Virus record (IMG/VR): IMGVR_UViG_3300025781_000013
Coordinates: 1-53,748 of that record
Source of the DNA: a virus
Lineage: Duplodnaviria; Caudoviricetes
Length of the DNA: 53,748 nt
Direction: 5' to 3' (one strand)
Below are positions 13,401-21,128 of the stretch, piece after piece (the first letter of the stretch is position 1; every line of letters begins with the position of its first letter). The translations under genes and the position numbers were made by a program. Below the pieces are notes generated by a model. It worked only from the letters and a program-made list of their open reading frames with translations. It had not been told where the DNA came from and searched no databases.

Positions 13401-16400
13401 TGTTGGCGCCCCCAATGGCAATGTGTACGAAGCCATGTCGTTCGATGCAGGAAAAACCATATTTGACGAACACAGCACTCGAGTCAGTAATCCTGTAAGC
13501 AACTCCGGAGTGGCTTACACATTTGATTATTTGCCCAGTGCCAATACTTCAGTTACCAACCCAGGACAGATGGTATTTGGTCAGCAGATTTATCAGAGTG
13601 GTACTCAGAGCGGCGACCAGTTTGGAACAGCAGTCAACTATGTTAACGGGCGCCTGATTGTGGGTGCACCAGGGCAGGATCTTGGAGTTAGCAACAATTC
13701 CAATTACGGCAGCATATCAATCTATGACAATCCGACCAATGCCCCCAGCTGGAAAATTGCTTATTACCAACAGCCTGCAGTCAATATTGAACTCATGAAT
13801 TCGGTCTACAGCTTTGACAAACTGTTGAACAGCACACAAACCTATTTTGATTTTATTGACCCTTTGCAGGGCAAGATACTGGGCGTGGCAGCAAGAAACA
13901 TAGACTATATTGGTGCTGTGGACCCAGCCAATTACAACACCGGCACCATACACAACAACGGCACTGCCTGGTATTCAGGACATGTGGGAGAAATTTGGTG
14001 GGACACTGACACTGTGAGATTTGTCAATCCCAACCAGGACGATATAACCTATGCCAGTCGCCAATGGGCACAGATATTTCCTGGAAGCCGAGTGGACATT
14101 TATCAGTGGATAGAAAGCTCGGTGCCTCCGGCCAGTTATACAGGAACAGGTCGTCCGTTGAGCAACACCAGTTACACCACATCATCGGTGTTGACCGCCA
14201 ATGGTGTGTTGGCCAACTACTATTACTACTGGGTACGTGGGATCACATCAATCGATTCGGCCAACGGCAAAGATCTCAGTGCGTCAGCCATTGCCAGCTA
14301 TATAGCCAATCCAATTGGTAGTGGCATACCGTATCTGGCACCACTCACGGCCAACACAGTGGCCTTGTACAATGCTAGCGGGCTGATCAGTGCGCAAGAC
14401 ACCATACTGCATGTGGAATACGAGCGCCAGACTCCTGGAGCCGGAATCAACATACATACCGAATACGAATTTATTGCCGACGGCAAGGCCTCCAGTTTTG
14501 TAAATGATTCCATCTACAACAAATTGGTAGACAGCTTGTGCGGACAGAATACCTCGGGTGCCCTGGTGCCCGATCCATTGCTGAGCCCGGGCATGCAGTA
14601 CGGAGTGCGATACAGTCCAAGACAAGGCATGTTTATCGACAGATATACGGCTTTAAAAAATTATCTAGAACGTGCCAATGCTATCCTGGCTCAGTACCCT
14701 ATTACTGAAACCAGAAGCTTTGCTTTGCTCAACAGCAGTGAGCCAACTCCCGGTCAGTTGATTGGCACTGCGTCGGTTGCTTCTATCGCAGGAACAATAT
14801 TGACTGTGTCAGGCACAGTCACAGGCACATTTGCGATCGGTCAGACCTTGACTGGTACAGGTATTCCAGCATCAGTTGTTATAACCGGTTATGTTACCGG
14901 AACAGGTGGAGCAGGAACTTATAACATCAGCACCGGTCTTTCGATATCTGCACAGGCTATAACAGCCACAGCCGGTTACAATTTTGTTGTGCCCAATATC
15001 ACAGTGCTGGGCTACCAAAATCTCAATCAAGTTCCGACGGGCTATCTATATCTGGTGCTGTCAGACAGCACCGAAGGCGGAAGATGGACTGTTTATGAAG
15101 TGATCAGCAACGCCGGTACTGGTGCACTGCAACTGAACCGCATACAAAATTTTGATACTCCGCTGTATTGGCACTATATCAACTGGTATCAACCTGGTTA
15201 CAACAGCACAGTACAGCCAGTGGCCCAGGTGGCCAACTATGCTGATCTGGCTACCTTGAGTCTGGCCACAGCACCAATCGGCAGCAGCGTACAGGTCAAT
15301 GCCAACGGTCAAGGCTTGTACGAAATTTACTTGCGGTCAGATCTTGGATGGACACGAGTGGGTCTGGAAAACGGCACTATTGCATTTGATGAGGTGTTGT
15401 GGAACTACAGTCTGGGTCCGTATGGATTTGGTGCAGATGTGTTTGATGCGCAGTTTTTTGATCAGGCACCAGTCACAGAAACACGACAAATTATCAACGC
15501 CATCAACCTACAACTGTTTGTGGATGATCTTTTGATATATCGCAACGAATTGCTCATGCTGATGTTCAAATATGTGTATAGCGAGTTTGGCAGTCCAGAC
15601 TGGTTGGTCAAGAGCAGTTTTATCATCACGGATCATAACCTGCAACCTTTGTTGCCGTATCAGTTGTACGAAAAAGATGATCAAACCTTTGTGGAAGATT
15701 ACATCAACGAAGTCAAACCGTTCCATGTGCAAAATCTGGCCTTTAATCTAATCTACGATGGCCAGGATGTGTACAATGGCCAACTGACCGACTTTGATGT
15801 ACCGGCCCATTGGGACAGTGCGTTGCAAGTACCGCAGTTTGTGAGTCCGGTCCTGACTCCGTATACCGCAGCTGGTAGCACGATAGAATCCTTTGCCAGT
15901 GATGCGTCGGCCAATGCAGCCATATGGAGTGAGCCACCTTGGCAACCGTGGTTTACCAATCATGCACTCAGCATTACCGGTGCCAGCATGTCCGCGTCTG
16001 GTACCGGATACACAGTGGTTCCGGTCGTGACCTTCGGCACACCATGGACAGCCAATACCGTATACACCGTCGGGCAACAGATTTACTATGTGAATGGGTC
16101 AACCAACAATCTTTATTTGGTCACAGTTTCTGGAACTTCAGGAGAAACTCCACCGGTGTTTGTGTCGGGGTCTGCGGTCAACGGAACAGCCACCTTGGTC
16201 TGGAGTGGCAACGGTGCCATGGGCTATGCTACCTTGGGAACAAACGGGACTGTGGCCAGTGTCACTGTGACTGATCCTGGATCGGGTTATACAACCACGG
16301 CCACTATCACGTTGACCGGTGGCAACGGAACCGGAGCCCGTGCCACTCCAATCATGTCCAATGCCATGGCCAGACAGTTCAGCGTGCGCATGCGGTTTGA

Positions 16401-17712
16401 TCGATATCAATATGCATCTGACATAACAGAATGGCAGGCCGGAATCACGTACCCAGCTGGCGCCCAGGTGCGCTGGTTCAATCGTGTATGGTCAGCCAAC
16501 TACTCAGTCAACACCGCAACTTTTAATGTGGATCAGTGGAGTCTGGTGGATATTACGACGCTGAGCGGAGTCGATCGCACCATGGGTTATTACACGCCTA
16601 CACCCAACATGCCCGGTCTCAGCTTGCCGCTCTTGATCAACGGAGTCACATATCCTGGAGTACAAGTGTCTGCACCGGCCTTTGATCAAGATGCAGGATT
16701 TGATCTAGGCGGGTACAGTTTCAATCCATTTGACAATATATTTTACAGTCTTGAAGGCACGCCGACCTATGATCCAAGTATCCTAGATGCGGCCTATTCC
16801 AGCTCGTATGTGGATCCATATCTGGGATTGAGACCCACTGATATCAACATAGCAGGCGGCGGCTACATTGATCAATACAGCAGCTATGCACCCGAAGAAC
16901 TGGTTCCGGGCAGCGAATTTGATACCATGGATTTCCGTGTGATCACCAATGATGGCAGTCCTGAATTCCGTATTTTTCAAGACATGCGTGGATTCCAGTT
17001 GACCTATGCCATAACAGGCCCAACCACAACTACTGTGGCACAAGCCGTGGCCACAACCGATGATATCATACACGTGGTCAATGCCGAAGCCTTGTTTGTG
17101 CCGGATCTGGCCACCAATCAATGGGGCGTGATCACTATTGATGCTGAACGCATCATGTATCGCAATATTGATTTGACAGCCAACACAGTAAGTGGTCTTA
17201 TCAGAGGCACTGCCGGAACGGCTGTTACTGCTCATGCTATCGGATCCACAGTGCGTGACATGAGCAGTAACAATTTATACGGTCAACGATACCAAAACTA
17301 CGTGGTCAGTGACACAGTCACAGCAGATGGATCCAGCACAACATTTGTGGCACCCAGCATTGTGCTGAGCACAACTGATATAACCTGGGTCATTGCCAAC
17401 AGCTACGACACCGGAGTCATAGTAGAAACTCCAGGAACTTTTAGTTCATCCCCATACGATACTACACCATTTGACGGAGGACAGTTTTATCGTGCCAAAC
17501 AGGCAGTACCGGCCGGAACCGATATTACCGACACAGACTATTGGCAACCGCTTGTCGCTGCTGTAGAAGTATATGTGGGCGGATTGCGTGTATCTCCTGA
17601 ATTTTACACAGTCACAGCCTCTACTCCGGTATCGATCACACTGACTGCAACGCCACCTGCTGGACAAGATGTAACCATACTGGTGCGCAGAGGGACCTGG
17701 GTTGATTTCTAG
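4480..17712 (+). CDS. Giant (about 4410 aa) mosaic virion/baseplate protein with FG-GAP-like propeller repeats and CBM5/12-like modules
   Basis: Uninterrupted 13.2-kb ORF; ATG at 4480 overlaps the TGA of the gp6-like gene (the ORF track starts at TTG 4477); seven FG(S/T)(A/S)..xxG(A/S) repeats; four to five W-x5-Y-x2-(G/N)-type modules; VxLNG..L..GVDY repeats. Confidence 0.8.
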   Translation: MTIPSAQFSTADLLPEVFQTPINRQFLAATLDQLTQEPAFAKRQGFIGQRIGPGVNANDQYVIEPTATRNQYQLEPGVVQVNPADTAQVVDAITYPGMNDALAVQGAVVANSSSLYTSEYYTWDPFVDFDKFINYSEYYWLPNGPDAVTVNATGIPTYENFTVTRNDGFYTFSGIAGNNPTLTLARNGTYNFLVAQNNQATIQFRVTNNGTTAWVIDYDSNPTLTLTRGNTYTFDLSLSAPLPFYIKTEASYGSINLYNSGVSNNGAVSGLITFTVPQDAPDTLYYCNSTEFNLRGTFDIVDAVAGTGPGFWIQTDPGINGVVASTPNISSRDVYGVVNNGVDLGTVTFNTPATTAQNFYYNLPYIGSLPNQPTGTVDLVTTLLFDQINGIALTDFLATNPAGIDGVTNIVGRTLVFNAVNTTDTDLYVVWLVSETGGIIQLINVLSINNLSQFGVLFGATYASTRWYKNASGLLVQMPLLTATRDLLYYQDGTDPTMFGVIELVDLTGTSVLDVGNILGRKTYTSPNGVTFTNGLKVLFTGTTVPAGYQNNEYYVQGVGTAIQLLPVTDFVTPETYLSGLPLYPDYLTSSRDSLDLNPWCRSNRWFHVDVIQQTGSYNRTNVVLDQTLRAKRPILEFRGGTRLFGFGTQGIAPVDIIDFSQTDALRTVEGSLGFATDGYQLVEGSTIIFAGDQDIAVRRTVYQVTFITPDTVAPLIPEPIINLIPIATVLADQSTVCLAGTTLIGVTYYFDGANWILAQQKNSVNQPIRFDVYDLNGISFADQTTYPSSNFLGSYLTSYAVSNGTNDPYLGFPLTYLNLTNLGDIVFDNNLYADSFVYTTNNTGVTVPLSTGFVRQYQTRVAFDLEIGWQTAVSKSQVRQQFGFTYAGLPLQLDVAVSTSTVVPAVQIFVNSAFLEPYNSDTGTYNYSYTVASATTTITFASGVIAVGDTVELQVLSNQVSATGFYQVPINLENNPLNNNSSTFTLGTARNHYSTIAQNLINLEGPVIGANNTRDLGNLVPYGLQILQQSSPMTLAGFFLLSTEYNIFDSLVFNSREYIKFKNQLLNAVITNDFGTQTVPEILDSAVSLITAGDTSISPFYWSDMLPTGTRLASNSTTVTAITTNRFNTVQTYDFTTSNYLGLLVYLNGALLTRGVDYKTGVGTPTLTILVPLNTGDTVTINEYNPTYGNFVPNTPTKLGLYPKWTPRAYISPDYVQPTPVIQGHDGSITVAFGDIRDDILLEFEKRIYSNLKTDGNPVPLTIDEVLPGFFRTTDYTEAEITQILGEDFLSWAGYNKLDYTAQDYLANNAFTYNYSTAGNRINNQVLEQGAWRGIYRYFYDTITPNLTPWEMLGFTEQPVWWTNCYGLPPYTSGNLVLWGDLEQGLVADPVAPYIKSNFARPGLTQVIPVDGLGNLLPPVSSVVGLYNPNTFRKSWTVGDGGPVEASWWSSSSYPFAVMRLLALTRPAEFFSLFADRDLYRYSATMRQYLYNKRYRLNANELEIYGNGVSKASYIDWIVDYNQQMGVNSTDSLASDLANVDVRLCYRMAAWTDQQSLEISLEKSSPQSQNQSLLIPPESYHLLLYKDQPYSQSTYSSVVIEKVGNGWSVYGYSTYQAYFTILVSAVNGITQTISAGGATVQVPAQYSNQTARIPYGYVFTNRNMVVDFLLSYGQYLQTQGMSFTYIENGYVLDWRQMAQEFLYFSQQGWQTGTLINLNPAASQLSVSTPGAVVDSIVSYGPQNQLLDQNRQTFATRNLVIQRFGDSFVIQPDLSTGQAISYLNLKFTDYENMIVFDNVDIFGDVIYDPTTAERQNRLYLNAFNSTMWDGTLNARGFMLNQDNVLAWDPTQRYTKGDLVRYKNQYWQANGTVQPTAAFDYNSWFLSNWARIQKGLLANLANKADQLANTYNTQTANLNNSNDLLAYNLIGFTPRQYMANLGLDDVSQVNLYQQFIKTKGSLQATDLFTNVSLAKGSGTYKIYETWGVLIGTYGATANRSYFEINLNQALLPNNPSTVQIIQPGDISQANQTVLLSNLWSESYNIATTNILPTIYPTTQQTALPSAGYVNINDADITVYSLDDPSSIAANIGIIGTGTTVWVAHDNSYDWNIYRCAQVPGRLTQITDNLNGTSIAQFSSITNLKIGDLIIVRYFSTVVDGVYRVLGIRSPTQLIISYSFVNSNQTTLTGTGLAWHLQTMRVKQASDVSQLSYATDLVPGARAWVDNDGSGHWQVLEKQSPFAGVETVSSIIPQYNDLFGSAIAQSSNHYSLLVGSPNTAGGGTVETYRRVTTSTNAGTYVDNLILTLAAANTESFGSSLSWGNSNWAVAGAPASDAGRGYAVAIYQVPGSNDYELSQLLTAPTSTAAVAFGTAVVISADERWMYIGAPGRNLVYAYGLITVPTQSISYTTDLTTTSFVYNTAIQINSAYPDQLIVTLNNVQLTNGVDYTVTATSIVFPQAPSPGIQLLVTRRNKVILTGTGSDTYNLSTYLYTATSIDSFSIAVDGVYQRPYIDYTFSTQLTFLTVPASGSNIVITAGNYWQYMSAMPVGGLSLSADAAFGSAVTTSTDGRTVIVGSNSDSALDSQGNVVANAGSTYVFDRSVVRYLVTDVAQLTYAIPGAVTAPVAVLLNGTFLYNSAQYINGQFTLSGSNIVLNNSVVLNIGDSIEIETNQFQFMEKITASTPESGSQFGSAVQICSNDCSIYVGSPKYTSTLIQDGSVTRHVNQSRLYGATVSTVANPTLTPGTAIRVNNIEIAVPNSPNNTVAGLANAISPLPWSSTQTYYINDRVIYNSVCYISAQSSLAQQPSSNSMYWTSSFAVPNVQASLSNNLEFISDGTTQLYDIGTVYSAAGSNPVVYVNGVLQIASPAAGYTYSYIPATTSSPGQIAFVTAPAIYLPIVIVTGQLVLSVIDSAAAPTFNQLSVLPGIGYNGSAFAQLGFETFVYTQTLTSPDPVAYGAFGSAISINSNSLNVVVGAPNGNVYEAMSFDAGKTIFDEHSTRVSNPVSNSGVAYTFDYLPSANTSVTNPGQMVFGQQIYQSGTQSGDQFGTAVNYVNGRLIVGAPGQDLGVSNNSNYGSISIYDNPTNAPSWKIAYYQQPAVNIELMNSVYSFDKLLNSTQTYFDFIDPLQGKILGVAARNIDYIGAVDPANYNTGTIHNNGTAWYSGHVGEIWWDTDTVRFVNPNQDDITYASRQWAQIFPGSRVDIYQWIESSVPPASYTGTGRPLSNTSYTTSSVLTANGVLANYYYYWVRGITSIDSANGKDLSASAIASYIANPIGSGIPYLAPLTANTVALYNASGLISAQDTILHVEYERQTPGAGINIHTEYEFIADGKASSFVNDSIYNKLVDSLCGQNTSGALVPDPLLSPGMQYGVRYSPRQGMFIDRYTALKNYLERANAILAQYPITETRSFALLNSSEPTPGQLIGTASVASIAGTILTVSGTVTGTFAIGQTLTGTGIPASVVITGYVTGTGGAGTYNISTGLSISAQAITATAGYNFVVPNITVLGYQNLNQVPTGYLYLVLSDSTEGGRWTVYEVISNAGTGALQLNRIQNFDTPLYWHYINWYQPGYNSTVQPVAQVANYADLATLSLATAPIGSSVQVNANGQGLYEIYLRSDLGWTRVGLENGTIAFDEVLWNYSLGPYGFGADVFDAQFFDQAPVTETRQIINAINLQLFVDDLLIYRNELLMLMFKYVYSEFGSPDWLVKSSFIITDHNLQPLLPYQLYEKDDQTFVEDYINEVKPFHVQNLAFNLIYDGQDVYNGQLTDFDVPAHWDSALQVPQFVSPVLTPYTAAGSTIESFASDASANAAIWSEPPWQPWFTNHALSITGASMSASGTGYTVVPVVTFGTPWTANTVYTVGQQIYYVNGSTNNLYLVTVSGTSGETPPVFVSGSAVNGTATLVWSGNGAMGYATLGTNGTVASVTVTDPGSGYTTTATITLTGGNGTGARATPIMSNAMARQFSVRMRFDRYQYASDITEWQAGITYPAGAQVRWFNRVWSANYSVNTATFNVDQWSLVDITTLSGVDRTMGYYTPTPNMPGLSLPLLINGVTYPGVQVSAPAFDQDAGFDLGGYSFNPFDNIFYSLEGTPTYDPSILDAAYSSSYVDPYLGLRPTDINIAGGGYIDQYSSYAPEELVPGSEFDTMDFRVITNDGSPEFRIFQDMRGFQLTYAITGPTTTTVAQAVATTDDIIHVVNAEALFVPDLATNQWGVITIDAERIMYRNIDLTANTVSGLIRGTAGTAVTAHAIGSTVRDMSSNNLYGQRYQNYVVSDTVTADGSSTTFVAPSIVLSTTDITWVIANSYDTGVIVETPGTFSSSPYDTTPFDGGQFYRAKQAVPAGTDITDTDYWQPLVAAVEVYVGGLRVSPEFYTVTASTPVSITLTATPPAGQDVTILVRRGTWVDF

Positions 17713-17746
17713 ATCTAAAACTTAATCTACATGTAAAAACTCAAGG

Positions 17747-17752
17747 TAAATA
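17747..17752 (+). promoter_or_regulatory. Putative late promoter core (TAAATA)
   Basis: TAAATA 4 nt before the ATG at 17757. Confidence 0.5.
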
Positions 17753-17756
17753 AATC

Positions 17757-17903
17757 ATGACGGATAAAAAACCCACAACAAATAACAACGCCACACAGCC
17801 AAACCCTCGTCGTCCTGATGAATTGGGCAGTGTGTGGTTACAGGCGCATCTGCGTATCACGGATCCCAAAACTGGTCAAGTCATAGTGGAGAAATCAGCA
17901 TGA
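17757..17903 (+). CDS. 48-aa protein MTDKKPTT...AHLRITDPKTGQVIVEKSA (missing from the ORF track)
   Basis: Translated by hand; preceded by TAAATA; TGA overlaps the next ATG (ATGA); C-terminus resembles the N-terminus of the next protein. Confidence 0.75.
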   Translation: MTDKKPTTNNNATQPNPRRPDELGSVWLQAHLRITDPKTGQVIVEKSA

Positions 17904-18508
17904 TTATCACTCCCGGACTAGCACAGGTACAGGGGTTTGTGCGTATACACGATCCACATACCGGAGAAGTATTGGTAGACAAACGCAATGCTATCAATTA
18001 TGAAAATATCAGTACTTGTATGGCCAACACCCTTAGCAACGGTCCAAATGGATTCATTTATGAAATGGCATTCGGTAATGGCGGTAGCGCAGTTGATCTG
18101 ACCGGTGTGATCACTTATCTTCCACCCAACACCACTGGTGTCAATGCCAGCCTGTACAATCAAACCTATGCCAAGGTAGTAGATCAGTACAGTGCAACCA
18201 ATCTGGATCCAGCCAACAACAAAATGACTGTGGTACACACATCGGGGCAGGTTTACACTGATATCATAGTGACCTGTTTGCTGGATTACGGTGAGCCAGC
18301 CGGACAGCAGGCCTTTGACAACAGTACCAATTTCAATGGCGAATATGTGTTTGACGAACTGGGGTTGAAATGTTGGAACGGTAGCAGCACTGATCTGCTG
18401 TTGATCACGCATGTTATTTTCCATCCTGTGCAGAAAAGTCTCAACCGCCAGATACAGATCGATTATACCCTGCGTATCCAGACCTTGACTAATCTCAGTG
18501 CGGTATAA
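17900..18508 (+). CDS. Putative baseplate/virion structural protein
   Basis: True start is probably ATG 17900 (ATGA coupling); FDELGL..LLITHVIFHPVQKS..R.I.IDY C-terminus typical of phage baseplate/tail-collar-like proteins. Confidence 0.65.
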   Translation: MIITPGLAQVQGFVRIHDPHTGEVLVDKRNAINYENISTCMANTLSNGPNGFIYEMAFGNGGSAVDLTGVITYLPPNTTGVNASLYNQTYAKVVDQYSATNLDPANNKMTVVHTSGQVYTDIIVTCLLDYGEPAGQQAFDNSTNFNGEYVFDELGLKCWNGSSTDLLLITHVIFHPVQKSLNRQIQIDYTLRIQTLTNLSAV

Positions 18509-18511
18509 ATA
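18504..18511 (+). promoter_or_regulatory. Late promoter, exact T4-type TATAAATA
   Basis: TATAAATA about 32 nt upstream of ATG 18544, followed by an AGGA ribosome-binding site. Confidence 0.65.
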
Positions 18512-18543
18512 CAGTGCAAAATAAAAGATAGGAATAACGCATA

Positions 18544-19779
18544 ATGTCATACACCATAACTCTAACAGACGGCGCAGTTTTTGCCACCGTGGCAGATGGC
18601 ACCATCAACACTGCCAGCTCAATGACTTTGGTTGGTAAAAATTATGCCGGTTATGGACAATTTTTAGATAACAATTTCATGCGTTTGTTGGAAAGTGCGT
18701 CGAATTCGACTGCTCCAGTAGCGCCAATTACTGGTCAGTTATGGTGGAACAACACACCCAATGCTGGTGTGCTTTCGATCTACATGGGATCAGCCTGGAA
18801 AACCCTGGCTGCACTGGTAGTCAGCAGCGCAACTCCTAGCACCAGTACCTACAGCAACACCGGCGACATGTGGTACGACACTGTGAACCAACAGGTCAAT
18901 ATCTGGACCGGTAGCAAATGGTTGTTGATTGGACCGCAATTTACGTCCGGCACCGGAGTCACCGGCGCATTTGCCAATGTTATAACTGACAGCAATTCTA
19001 TAAGCCACAAGGTCATTGAACTCACGGTCAACAGCACCGTGGTTGGCATTATCAGCGAAGACAGCACTTTTACTCCACAGACTCTTATCACAGGATTTGC
19101 CAACGTGAATCCAGGACTGCAATTGGCCAACACAGTGAATGGTGTGGGCGGTGTCAGTGTGCCATCATTTTGGGGACAGGGCAATTCTGGAGTCAGCGTG
19201 ACTGGCAATATCTCGGGTGCCTACATATTTGGTAACGGAAGCACATTGAGTGGAATAACCACCAGTTTGCCGACCTATACCGGCAATCTGCAGGTCGGCA
19301 ACATAACAAATGCCAACGGCAACGGTGTGGGCAATATCGGAAACAGTGGTGCATATTTCAATACTATATTTGCTCGTGCCACCAGCGCACAATACGCTGA
19401 CGTGGCCGAACGATTTGCAACCGATACCGAATACGAAGCCGGAACAGTGGTTGAATTGGGAGGCACAGCCGAAATTACCAAATCTGTTCAAGAATTAAGC
19501 GAAACTGTGTTTGGGGTCATAAGTACCCAAGCAGCTTATTTGATGAACAGTGGCGCTGGCACAGATGCCACTCATCCACCGGTTGCAATAACCGGTCGAG
19601 TTCCTGTAAAATGTACAGGAACAGTGACCAAAGGTGATAGGCTGGTCAGTGCCGGCAACGGTATAGCCAGAGCAGCTCAACCGGGTGAGGCCACAGCGTT
19701 TAATGCCATAGGGCGTGCGCTGGAAGACAAAACAGATCCAGGTCTGGGTATGGTTGAAGCCATAGTCATGATCAAATAA
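18544..19779 (+). CDS. Tail fibre/spike-like protein with C-terminal peptidase_G2-like intramolecular chaperone domain
   Basis: N-terminal LVGKNYAGYG..NF..LLE and GQLWW/GDMWYD repeats; C-terminal YADVAE...GTV...GVIST..AYLMN...VAITGRVPVK...GD.LV pattern. Confidence 0.75.
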   Translation: MSYTITLTDGAVFATVADGTINTASSMTLVGKNYAGYGQFLDNNFMRLLESASNSTAPVAPITGQLWWNNTPNAGVLSIYMGSAWKTLAALVVSSATPSTSTYSNTGDMWYDTVNQQVNIWTGSKWLLIGPQFTSGTGVTGAFANVITDSNSISHKVIELTVNSTVVGIISEDSTFTPQTLITGFANVNPGLQLANTVNGVGGVSVPSFWGQGNSGVSVTGNISGAYIFGNGSTLSGITTSLPTYTGNLQVGNITNANGNGVGNIGNSGAYFNTIFARATSAQYADVAERFATDTEYEAGTVVELGGTAEITKSVQELSETVFGVISTQAAYLMNSGAGTDATHPPVAITGRVPVKCTGTVTKGDRLVSAGNGIARAAQPGEATAFNAIGRALEDKTDPGLGMVEAIVMIK

Positions 19780-19797
19780 ATTTAGGAACAACAGAAA

Positions 19798-20763
19798 ATG
19801 ACATACAGCACCGGCAACCTAATAGCAGCAACCGATTACAATACTTTTACCTCGGGTATCAACACTCCGTGGAATACCTACTACGGTCAGACTGCATTGG
19901 GCACAGTGGCCACAGGTGGCACAGTGACCGCGGTGCAATGGGACAGTGTGGTCAATACCATAGCCAGTCTGGGCAATCATCAGCCGACCACGATCACGTC
20001 GAGATCAGCCCCCACAGCAGGTACTACTATCGCAGCCTTGGCCAACGTGCAAACTGACATTACCAATACAAGCAACAACTATCTCAACGCTTACGCAGTA
20101 GGCAGCCAATACACAGCTTGGACTGGGACCAGCAGCAAAACAGCTGCCACCGGATCTGGTAGTGCGGCCTGGAACATAACTTTTACTCACACCATGACTT
20201 TTGCCAGCACAGCGGCCATGGGGTATTTCTTTTATGCCGGTGGCTACGTACAACTGCAATTTGGTAAAAGCAGCACAGGCACAGTGGCCGATACTGAATG
20301 GAACACGTTTATTGGAGCCAACGGCGCTGGTGGTGTAGTGGCTGGCAAAGTCATATTCACCAGTTCCAGTACCAGCAAAACCATTGCTTCGGTAGCATAT
20401 ACTGGTACCAACAAGACCGGCGGAACAGGGACACCTAGTGTGTTAGCTACCGGTATCGGGTTCGCTCAACTCACTGGATCAGCACAGACTATTTACACAC
20501 AGTATGACACCGGCACAGCTTACAGCGGTAACTATGTGACCATAACAGCCTATACCAGTGGATCCACCATAATCTTTACCACAACCTGGCATGACAACGG
20601 TGATACCAATCCGGGGTCAACTGCGCAGATTTCGGGTGGTACAGCCACTTCGGGAACCACGTTCGGTACTGCACCGACCACGATCTTGACCTATTATCCA
20701 CCAGAAACCACGTACTTGACCAACTCGTGGGGAACTCCCACAGTGGCCGCTACCACAGCCTAA
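19798..20763 (+). CDS. Thr/Gly/Ser/Ala-rich virion structural protein (tail-fibre-like)
   Basis: 321 aa; MTYSTG.LI.A.DYN start; extreme T/G/S/A composition; last gene of the structural block. Confidence 0.65.
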   Translation: MTYSTGNLIAATDYNTFTSGINTPWNTYYGQTALGTVATGGTVTAVQWDSVVNTIASLGNHQPTTITSRSAPTAGTTIAALANVQTDITNTSNNYLNAYAVGSQYTAWTGTSSKTAATGSGSAAWNITFTHTMTFASTAAMGYFFYAGGYVQLQFGKSSTGTVADTEWNTFIGANGAGGVVAGKVIFTSSSTSKTIASVAYTGTNKTGGTGTPSVLATGIGFAQLTGSAQTIYTQYDTGTAYSGNYVTITAYTSGSTIIFTTTWHDNGDTNPGSTAQISGGTATSGTTFGTAPTTILTYYPPETTYLTNSWGTPTVAATTA

Positions 20764-20787
20764 CAGGGTCAAAATAGCCAATATTGC

Positions 20788-20816
20788 TTGGCAAATACAA
20801 TCATGTAGTGTATAAT
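20788..20816 (+). promoter_or_regulatory. Sigma70-like promoter at the head of the glycan cluster
   Basis: TTGGCA-N17-TATAAT; ATG 20823 lies 6 nt after the -10 box. Confidence 0.65.
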
Positions 20817-20822
20817 ACATGT

Positions 20823-21128
20823 ATGGACACTGACAATTTGATCGCACATGGCCGCACAAGATTTGAACATGCGGCTGCACGCAGGACTCTCAAAGAAAAA
20901 TATCAAGGTCGTATGACTTTTGCCTATCAGGGCGGCATGTGGCGTGCTGGTCCTGAGTTACAAAACACATTGTTGACCTGTCCCGACACAGAAGCAGTGT
21001 TGCTGGATTTGTATGAAACACCGGTCAAGGTCCAAACCCGAGAGCTGATGACATTGAGTCAACAACGCTGGCAAGAACAAATGACGGCTTGGTTGATCGA
21101 ACACGAACAGCTGAATCAAAATCGATGA
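20823..21128 (+). CDS. Hypothetical protein (101 aa), possibly tail-fibre-assembly-like
   Basis: ATG at 20823 preferred over the upstream TTG, which overlaps the promoter; ATGA coupling with the next gene. Confidence 0.6.
   Translation: MDTDNLIAHGRTRFEHAAARRTLKEKYQGRMTFAYQGGMWRAGPELQNTLLTCPDTEAVLLDLYETPVKVQTRELMTLSQQRWQEQMTAWLIEHEQLNQNR

Noticed and set aside
4519-17667. Many 60-165-aa ORFs inside the giant gene
   Set aside because: Shadow ORFs expected from codon bias in a 13-kb coding region
17834-17899. ORF-track start at 17834 for the 224-aa protein
   Set aside because: Overlaps the 48-aa ORF; ATG 17900 with ATGA coupling is more plausible
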